The notes below the pieces were generated by a model. The model was not told the origin of the DNA, did not search any database, and saw nothing but the letters and a program-made list of their open reading frames with translations. A stretch of DNA of 64,000 bases, taken from positions 39,211-103,210 of IMG/VR virus record IMGVR_UViG_2882837327_000005. One strand, given 5' to 3'. The first letter of the stretch is position 1; every line of letters starts with the position of its first letter. Positions 55,085 to 64,000 of the stretch are shown here, in pieces. The position numbers and the translations under genes were made by a program. The DNA is from a virus (taxonomy: Duplodnaviria; Caudoviricetes).

Positions 55085-55411
55085 ATGGCCGCCGCCGGCC
55101 GCCGCGCCGCCTCTCCCGACGCCCCCACGAGCCCCGTCGTGCTGCTGTTCCAGCGCGCGGCCGAGACCATGCGGCGGCCGTCCACCTGCCAGTTTCCCCT
55201 GTGGGGAGACGAGGAACGCCCGGAGAAGCGCGAGTTCTGCGGCAAGCCCCTGCGGCCGATCGAGGCCGGCGGCGGCCCGTACTGCCCTGCCTGCGCGCGG
55301 CGTTGCTACACCGTCCGCGCCTTCATCACGCTGCCCAAGCTGCGGGACTACCGCCAGGTCACAGCCGAGAGCGGCCCCATCGGGGTCGATGGAAAGAAGG
55401 AAAATGCCTGA
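55085..55411 (+). CDS. Protein resembling the GcrA C-terminal Cys domain
   Basis: TCQFPLWGD...FCG...PYCPAC..R.Y. Confidence 0.55.
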   Translation: MAAAGRRAASPDAPTSPVVLLFQRAAETMRRPSTCQFPLWGDEERPEKREFCGKPLRPIEAGGGPYCPACARRCYTVRAFITLPKLRDYRQVTAESGPIGVDGKKENA

Positions 55412-56547
55412 TGGCTGAAAGCTCTGCCATCTCCTGGACCGACGCGACGTGGAACCCCTGGATCGGCTGCACTCGGATCTCGCCCGCCTGCGACCACTGC
55501 TATGCGGCCGACTGGGCGAAGCGGCACAAGAAGGAAGACCTCTGGGAAGGGCGGCTGCATCGCACCTCCGTCCAGACCTGGACTCTGCCCCGGCGCCTCG
55601 AGCGCCAGGCGGTGAAGGACGGACGTCGCATCCGGTGCTTCGTGGCCTCGCTCTCCGACTTCTTCGACAACCAGGCCGACCCGGCGTGGCGCGAGGAAGC
55701 CTGGGCCGTCATGCGCGCGACGCCGCATGTGGACTTCCTCGTGCTGACGAAGCGCGCCCAGAACATCGCCAAGATGCTGCCTCCCGACTGGGGGCAGGGC
55801 TACCCCAATGTCGCTCTCGGCACGACGGTCGAGAATCAGGCGGAGGCAGACAGGCGCGTGCCGCAGCTGCTGGCGGTGCCGGCCCGGCTGCGTTTCCTGT
55901 CGTGCGAGCCATTGCTGGGGCCGGTGACGCTCGACGGCTGGTTGCCCGGGGAAAACGGATGCCAGAGCTGCGATGACGGCGAAGGCTATGGCAACCGTTG
56001 CTCACGGGGGGATATTCCGCGGGAGGAGCAGTGCCCGTGGCGCTGGGCGGTCCAGACCGTCACCGAGCACGGGCCGATGGATGAGCACGGCTGCCCTGCC
56101 AGCGTCAGCTGCGAAATCCAGACCATCGACTGGGTGATCGTCGGCGGCGAAAGCGGTCCGCAGGCACGCCCGATGCACCTCGACTGGGCGCGCAGCCTTC
56201 GCGACCAATGCGCGGCTGCCGGCGTACCTTTCCACTTCAAGCAGTGGGGTACTTGGTCGCCCGCTGCCTGGAAGCCTGAGCGCCTCACCGCCATGAACGA
56301 CGAGGAATACAAGGCCCACGCGACCGTATGCGGCGCGACCCATGTCCTGACCTACGGGACCGGTGTGCCGTCGTTCATCCGCGCCCTGGGCCATGCGCCC
56401 TGGAGCTGCGAGCGCGCTGACGAGGCGCCCGACGATCTCCGCCATCTGCCGCTGCAGCGCACCCATGAGCGGGCTCAGCAACTGCTCGATGGCGTCAGGC
56501 ACCTCGCGGTGCCTTCCCTCAACCCGACCGGAGCCCCCCTCCCATGA
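55411..56547 (+). CDS. DUF5131 (gp37/gp68-like) protein
   Basis: ISWTDATWNPWIGCTRISPACDHCYA, LTKR, FLSCEPLLG, WVIVGGESG, FKQWG. Confidence 0.9.
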   Translation: MAESSAISWTDATWNPWIGCTRISPACDHCYAADWAKRHKKEDLWEGRLHRTSVQTWTLPRRLERQAVKDGRRIRCFVASLSDFFDNQADPAWREEAWAVMRATPHVDFLVLTKRAQNIAKMLPPDWGQGYPNVALGTTVENQAEADRRVPQLLAVPARLRFLSCEPLLGPVTLDGWLPGENGCQSCDDGEGYGNRCSRGDIPREEQCPWRWAVQTVTEHGPMDEHGCPASVSCEIQTIDWVIVGGESGPQARPMHLDWARSLRDQCAAAGVPFHFKQWGTWSPAAWKPERLTAMNDEEYKAHATVCGATHVLTYGTGVPSFIRALGHAPWSCERADEAPDDLRHLPLQRTHERAQQLLDGVRHLAVPSLNPTGAPLP

Positions 56548-57617
56548 GCGAAGCGACCACCCCTGCCGTCATCCAGTTGACGGAGCCCAAGGACATCATC
56601 CTCGACGCGAAGAAGCGCGAGGATTTCTACAAGCAGATCACGGCGACCATCGCCGGCCAGGATGCCGATCTCGCCACCGAGAAGGGGCGGAAGGCCGTGG
56701 CCTCACTCGCGCACCAGGTCGCCAAGGCCAAGGTGGCCGTGGACAACGCTGGCAAGGCGCTGACCGAGGACGCCCGGAAGCAGGTCCAGGCCATCAACAC
56801 CGACCGCAACGCGGTCGTCGCCAAGCTGGAGGATCTGCAGAAGCTCGCCCGCCGTCCTCTGGACGAGTGGGAGGCCGCGGCGGCCAAGCGCAAGGCCGAG
56901 CGGGAGAGCATCCTCACGCAGCTCGCCCAGGCCACCCAGGTCGGTGCGCTGGATACTGCCGAGGTCCTGCGCCGCCGGCTGGCGATCGTCGAGGGCATCG
57001 GCCTGGACGCCACTGTCCTCGAGGATGCGACCGCTTTCGCCTCGAAGCTGAAGCAGGACGCTATCGACACGCTGACCGTCGCTATCACGCGCGCCGAAGC
57101 AGCCGAGAAGGCCCAGGCCGAGCTGGAGGAGCTGCGCCGCGTCCAGGCCGAGCGCGATGCGGCTGACCGGCAGCGGGAGCAGGAGGCGGCCGCCCAGGCC
57201 GCCGAAGCCGAGCGCCTGCGCGTGGAGCAGGAGCGTGAGGAGCTGGCCAAGCTGCGGCGGGCCGATGAGGAGCGGAAGGCCGCCGAGGCCGCCAATGCGC
57301 CGCCGGTGGCCGACGCGAAGCCCGGTTCTGAGCCGCCGGCCGCCGCGCCGGCTCCTAGTGTGGCGCCTCCTATCGCGGGCTGCTACGCGCCGGGCTTCGC
57401 GTCGGCCTATGTGCGCCCGCAGGCCCCGATCCCCCTGCCCCCGGCCAGCGGCCTCGGCGCCGTCGGCACGCTCGACCTGTCCGCACCGATCGCGGCCGAG
57501 ATGGCGGAGACCGCCGCCAGGGCCCTGCAGCGCGAGGTGGGATTCAGCCCCGCCGCATGCCTGCGGGTCGTCACCCTCATCCGGGACGGGAAGATCCCGC
57601 ACCTGACCTTCGGCTGA
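56544..57617 (+). CDS. Coiled-coil phage protein
   Basis: DLATEKGRKAVASLAHQVAKAK; RRPLDEWE; C-term GKIPHL. Confidence 0.65.
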   Translation: MSEATTPAVIQLTEPKDIILDAKKREDFYKQITATIAGQDADLATEKGRKAVASLAHQVAKAKVAVDNAGKALTEDARKQVQAINTDRNAVVAKLEDLQKLARRPLDEWEAAAAKRKAERESILTQLAQATQVGALDTAEVLRRRLAIVEGIGLDATVLEDATAFASKLKQDAIDTLTVAITRAEAAEKAQAELEELRRVQAERDAADRQREQEAAAQAAEAERLRVEQEREELAKLRRADEERKAAEAANAPPVADAKPGSEPPAAAPAPSVAPPIAGCYAPGFASAYVRPQAPIPLPPASGLGAVGTLDLSAPIAAEMAETAARALQREVGFSPAACLRVVTLIRDGKIPHLTFG

Positions 57618-58255
57618 TGGCTGCTCTGTTCCCAGACCTGCCGCACGACGCCGGCGCCGATGGCGCGAGCCCCGCAGTGCAGCGGCTCGCCGGGCGCTCG
57701 CCCAACAAGGCCGCGCGCGAGCGTCGCCATGCTGACGGCGTCGATGGCGACTTCTTCCGCACCCCGGCCATCGCCACCCGCGCGCTGCTGGAGCGGGAGG
57801 TGTTCCCGCGTGGCATCTGGGAGCCCGCCTGTGGTGATGGCGCCATCAGCCAGGTGCTGGAGGCCCTGGGCCACGACGTCATCAGCACCGACCTCTTCGC
57901 CCGCGGCTACGGCGTGGCGGGATGGGACTTCCTGCAGCAGCGGGCCCTGCCGCACGGCGTGGAGGCCATCATCACGAACCCGCCCTTCAAGCTGGGCACC
58001 AGGTTCGTCCAGCACGCGCTCGGCCTGGGCGCCAGGAAGATCGCCATGCTGTGCCGCGTCGCCTTCCTGGAAGGCCAGGAGCGCCGCGACACCATCTTCG
58101 CCCACCAGCAGCTGAGCCGGGTCTGGATCTTCTCCAGCCGGATCACGCTCTGGCGGGGCGACGACCCCAATCCCCAGGAGAAGGGCGGCGCCATGGCGTT
58201 TGCCTGGTTCGTCCTGGAGCGACACCACCACGGTGGGACCGTGGGCTTCATCTGA
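57617..58255 (+). CDS. Amino DNA methyltransferase
   Basis: DFFRTP, WEPACGDG, ITNPPF. Confidence 0.85.
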   Translation: MAALFPDLPHDAGADGASPAVQRLAGRSPNKAARERRHADGVDGDFFRTPAIATRALLEREVFPRGIWEPACGDGAISQVLEALGHDVISTDLFARGYGVAGWDFLQQRALPHGVEAIITNPPFKLGTRFVQHALGLGARKIAMLCRVAFLEGQERRDTIFAHQQLSRVWIFSSRITLWRGDDPNPQEKGGAMAFAWFVLERHHHGGTVGFI

Positions 58256-58278
58256 CCATCAACCGAAAGCCAGCCCCC

Positions 58279-58602
58279 ATGAACGCTACCACCCCGAGCC
58301 TCTCCCTCCTGGAAGCCCAGGCCCTGGCCTCCAACATGGCCCACCCCCGGGTCACGAAGGAGCACATCGAGGCCCAGATCATGACGGTCGACTATATCTA
58401 CGAGGGCCAGCTCACGATCTGCATCATCTCGATGAAGAACGGCTTCAGGCTCGTCGGCAAATCCGCGCCCGCCGATCCGGCCAACTTCAATGCCGAGGTG
58501 GGTCAGCGCTACGCCTACGAGGACGCCTTCCGGCAGGCCTGGCCCTTGGAGGGCTACCTTCTCTGCACCGTTCTGCAGACCCAGAAGGAAGCTGGCCAGT
58601 GA
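58279..58602 (+). CDS. Phage Gp49/66-like protein
   Basis: PRVT..HI, LTIC, NGF...G.SA..DP.NF, WPLEGYLL. Confidence 0.8.
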   Translation: MNATTPSLSLLEAQALASNMAHPRVTKEHIEAQIMTVDYIYEGQLTICIISMKNGFRLVGKSAPADPANFNAEVGQRYAYEDAFRQAWPLEGYLLCTVLQTQKEAGQ

Positions 58603-58874
58603 ACCGCCAGCAGCGCCGCGCCGCCTCCACGAAGCGCCGCACCGCCGAGAATCGCACCGACACGCTGGCCAGGCAGGTCGCGGAGATCATGCAGGCTGCC
58701 AATGTCCCCGATGAGGGCCGGATCGCCGTCATGGTCTCCCTGCTCTCCGCCCTGGTCCGTGCCCGCTCTGGCTCCCTGACGCAGCGCTGGGAGATGCTGG
58801 AAATGGTGACGAAGGCCCTGAGCGAAGCGGTGCTGGCGCCCGAGGAACAGAGCGATGAGCCTCTCGCAGCCTGA
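58599..58874 (+). CDS. Hypothetical protein
   Basis: GTG start NRQQRRA, coupled. Confidence 0.5.
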   Translation: MNRQQRRAASTKRRTAENRTDTLARQVAEIMQAANVPDEGRIAVMVSLLSALVRARSGSLTQRWEMLEMVTKALSEAVLAPEEQSDEPLAA

Positions 58875-59199
58875 CAGCGCGACACTGGCCCGGCTCGATC
58901 CCGAGGTTCGCAAGGCCCTCGAGATCGACTTCGCCTGGCGGCAGCATCGCGAGGAGACCGGCACCAAGCTCTATGGGCGGACGGGGCGCGCCCTGTTCGA
59001 CCGGATCTGCGGTGAACAGAACTGGCGCTGCTGCCATTGCGGGTTCCGCACCAACCTCGACGTGCCCGGGCGTCAGCCGACACGCGAGCACATCATCCCC
59101 CGCTCCCTCGGCGGGCCGAACACCTACGACAACCTCGCGCTCGCCTGCGCCCGGTGCAATGGCGAGCGTGGGTCGAACATGGACTGGCAGAAGCAATGA
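58855..59199 (+). CDS. HNH endonuclease
   Basis: CCHCG, TREHIIPRSLGG, NLALACARCN. Confidence 0.9.
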   Translation: MSLSQPDSATLARLDPEVRKALEIDFAWRQHREETGTKLYGRTGRALFDRICGEQNWRCCHCGFRTNLDVPGRQPTREHIIPRSLGGPNTYDNLALACARCNGERGSNMDWQKQ

Positions 59200-59498
59200 G
59201 AGCCCAGACCCAGCGAAAGCCCAACGCCGCGCCGCCGGTCGAGCCCATAGGCACGCACATGACGCGCGAGGCCGCGGCCGCATACTTCGCCTCGCTCGGC
59301 TTCACGCATATCACCGTGGCCTCACTGCACGCGCTGGCGTCCAAGCCGGCGGCCGATGGCCCGCGCTACTTCAGGTTCGGCCGGCTGACCTATTATTCGA
59401 AAGCGAGCCTGGACAGCTGGCTTCAAGGGCAGATCGAGAAGGCCGAGCAGAAGGCGGCCGAGAAGAATGCGCCTAAGAAGCGGGACCGGGCGGCTTAG
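59196..59498 (+). CDS. Excisionase-like DNA-binding protein
   Basis: MTREAAAAY...GPRYFRFGR...Y....LDSW; next to the integrase. Confidence 0.7.
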   Translation: MRAQTQRKPNAAPPVEPIGTHMTREAAAAYFASLGFTHITVASLHALASKPAADGPRYFRFGRLTYYSKASLDSWLQGQIEKAEQKAAEKNAPKKRDRAA

Positions 59499-60870
59499 CG
59501 GCCCAGGTGGCACGCCGCGCCAACGGCACATCCTTCAGCGGCTCATTCAGGCCCCAGGCCTCTGGTAAGGGCAGTTTCGTCTGTCTCGCGACCGCTTCGC
59601 CGAGAACCTCGGCCCATTTCTCCATCGCCGCCACGCGGCGATCCCACAGCTCCGACCGCTGATAGATACCCACGACGCCCGGCAAGGTTGCAGACGAGGC
59701 GTGGTTCAGGATCTTGTCGGCCACCACCACCTCGATGCCAGCATCCGCCATAGCCGTGGCGACGGAGCGGCGGAGGTCGTGAAGATGGCCCTCCTTCACC
59801 TTGCCTGTGGCAACCAGTGCCGCCTTGAGCGCAGGCCAGCCAGTGAACGGCTTCCCTGACCGCCCAGCGAAAACCAGCGGCGATACCTCCTGCTCGTCAG
59901 GCCTCTTGCTGGGCCCGGCCAGGCGCGGCGATATCGTGGCAATCAGGGCGACTGCAGGTGAGCTGAGGGGGACAAGGTGCTCGCGCCTGGCCTTTGTGCT
60001 GGTGGGCGGCTGAGCCCAATGGGGCCCCAGGGTGCTGCTGGTCAGGCGGAGATGCTCCCACAGCACGCGCGCGGCCTCATTCTCGCGGCATCCGGTGATG
60101 ATCATCAGCCGAGCCAGGGCGCCGGGCCGACCGAATGCGCCGCAGGCCACCCACAGCGAGGCCACCTCCTCAACCGACCAGTGCTGCCACCGCTTGGTAG
60201 GCTTGCCCGGCAGCTCGAACTTCGTCGGCCATCGCGCGGGTGAGGCCCAGGCCCGGGTCTCCAGATTGATGTGCTTGGCGATGCGCACGATCGCCGCCCG
60301 GATGTTGTTCGCCGCGCTCCATGAGCCCTGGCGGTCCAGGAGGGCCTGAAGCTCCGAGCCGGCGTCATACTCGGAGATCGCCAATGCTCCGAAGGTGGGG
60401 CGCAGGAGCCGCGCCTCGATCAGGAGCATCTCCTTCTCGTGTCGGGCCAGCTCGCCGCCGGCGATCTTCGTGTCCCGCTCCTGCTCGGTGCGGGAACGCC
60501 AGCTGTCCAGGAGAGTGCTGATGGGAATCGCGGCGGCCAGGCGCTTCGCCTCGGCATCGGCTTCGTCCTGGCGCCGCTTCTTCTCGGCCGCCAGCTCGTA
60601 CTTTTCCTCTTCGCCCAGGTCCCGGCCCTTGGCGGCGGCGCGTCGAATATCCTCCGCCTGCTCGCGGGCCAGCTCGGGGTGCAGCTCTGGGTAGGATCCC
60701 AGGGTCTGGAACCGCTGCTTGCCTTCTCCGCGGACACGGAACTTCACGATGTAGGAGATGCCTCGGCCGAGCCTGACCCCGAATCCGGGGGTCTTATCGT
60801 CCCAGAAGATCTCCCTGGCATCGCCCGGCCGCTTCAGCAGCTCCTCGAGGGTGCGGACGCCGATTCTCAT
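59473..60870 (-). CDS. int: Tyrosine integrase with arm-binding N-domain
   Basis: WDDKTPGFGVR, LGSYP; catalytic TGCR, TK, HDLRR, LNH, Y. Confidence 0.95.
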   Translation of the reverse strand: MRIGVRTLEELLKRPGDAREIFWDDKTPGFGVRLGRGISYIVKFRVRGEGKQRFQTLGSYPELHPELAREQAEDIRRAAAKGRDLGEEEKYELAAEKKRRQDEADAEAKRLAAAIPISTLLDSWRSRTEQERDTKIAGGELARHEKEMLLIEARLLRPTFGALAISEYDAGSELQALLDRQGSWSAANNIRAAIVRIAKHINLETRAWASPARWPTKFELPGKPTKRWQHWSVEEVASLWVACGAFGRPGALARLMIITGCRENEAARVLWEHLRLTSSTLGPHWAQPPTSTKARREHLVPLSSPAVALIATISPRLAGPSKRPDEQEVSPLVFAGRSGKPFTGWPALKAALVATGKVKEGHLHDLRRSVATAMADAGIEVVVADKILNHASSATLPGVVGIYQRSELWDRRVAAMEKWAEVLGEAVARQTKLPLPEAWGLNEPLKDVPLARRATWAAKPPGPAS

Positions 60871-60884
60871 TTCCAAGGCCCCCG

Positions 60885-60913
60885 GGCTACCACTGGCTAC
60901 CAATTGGCTACCA
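60885..60913. repeat. Three GGCTACCA direct repeats (likely integrase arm-type sites)
   Basis: Copies at 60885, 60895, 60906 between the int start and the tRNA. Confidence 0.6.
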
Positions 60914-61004
60914 CGCGGGGCCGAAAATCGGCAAACCCTGGACAGCCTCGGACGATCCTGGAAAGTCCCGAACGCCGCTAAGTGGCTGATATTTGAAGGG
61001 GAAA

Positions 61005-61079
<75 letters not shown>

Positions 61080-61144
61080 TCACGCGGCGGCCTTCTACCG
61101 CCCCCGCGCCCGGGCCGCAACCGCCCCCCGGCGAGAATTTCGGA

Positions 61145-63337
<2,193 letters not shown>

Positions 63338-63538
63338 GGCGTGATTCGTGAAATGTTCCTGTCGGTGGGGGTACACCAGCCGGCGCCCGCAGGCCAGTGC
63401 GACATTGTTATTTGCGACTCATTCGCATTTGCATTAAAACGACGCCATCGCAGACGGAGGTTCCCATGCGTTGCGCTCCGCTTTCGCCCTTCCTGCTGAT
63501 GCGGCCCACCCTCCAGAAGATCGAACAGGCCAAGCCCG

Positions 63539-64000
63539 ATGACGCCACAACCGACCGAACCCACGCTCGAAACCCTGGGGCCGGACGCGCTGTTCACCGT
63601 GGGCGTGCTGCGCGCCTGGGTGGCGCCGCTGATGCAGCCGGGAAAGGCGAACCCGGACTGGCGCGACATCTGCCGGATGATCCATCTGTGCAGCGAGGGC
63701 ATCCGCGCCTTCGACCGCATGATGGCGCTGCTGACCAACCACGCCCGGCGCCCCATCGAGGTGCGTTGCTGCGACTGCCCGCAGGTGGGCATCGATGAGC
63801 GGCACATGCTGCGCCTGATCGGCGCGCTGCAGATCGGCGACCGGGTGGAGGCGCTGGAGGTGCTGGTCGGCTGGATGCCCACCCAGATCGCGCAGATCGC
63901 GCTGCTCTATGCGGCGGGCTTCGCGGATTCGGTGGCCGAGGCCGGTCTGCGCCTGCCGCCGCCGATCATGCGGCCCGCGATCGGTGTGACGCTTCACTGA
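63539..64000 (+). CDS. Hypothetical host protein
   Basis: 153 aa with CCDC..V..DE motif. Confidence 0.55.
   Translation: MTPQPTEPTLETLGPDALFTVGVLRAWVAPLMQPGKANPDWRDICRMIHLCSEGIRAFDRMMALLTNHARRPIEVRCCDCPQVGIDERHMLRLIGALQIGDRVEALEVLVGWMPTQIAQIALLYAAGFADSVAEAGLRLPPPIMRPAIGVTLH

Larger units (their letters stand above)
1..61004. mobile_element. Temperate siphovirus prophage; left end (head/packaging genes, other att) lies outside the window
   Basis: Contiguous tail, lysis, immunity, replication, recombination and xis/int modules ending at the 3' end of a tRNA gene, followed by host parC. Confidence 0.95.

Overview
About 61 kb of this high-GC window is the right-hand part of a lambda-like siphovirus prophage of an alphaproteobacterium (Roseomonas/Acetobacteraceae-like by inference). 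It is integrated at the 3' end of a tRNA-Thr(CGT) gene next to host parC. Order: neck and tail genes (tube, frameshifted chaperone, tape measure, M-L-K-I-J tip, tailspike) interrupted by a lipoprotein/HicBA moron; lysis cassette; a leftward auxiliary block (thyX, GapR-like, RtcB, C5 MTase, RlmN-like, tmk, tRNA-CAT, ssb); a rightward early block; cI/cro; replication initiator and DnaB; YqaJ/ERF recombination; xis/int. The main finding is ten dispersed ~60-nt elements (38749-50892) that fold on the + strand as type III hammerhead ribozymes with a variant core. They show compensatory changes in all three stems and at the 3-8 and 15.1-16.1 pairs, and in eight copies the downstream gene's Shine-Dalgarno is the 3' strand of stem III. 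The same prophage encodes RtcB, which joins exactly the ends hammerheads leave. Self-cleavage is inferred from structure, not shown. All calls come from reading the sequence; no searches were run.
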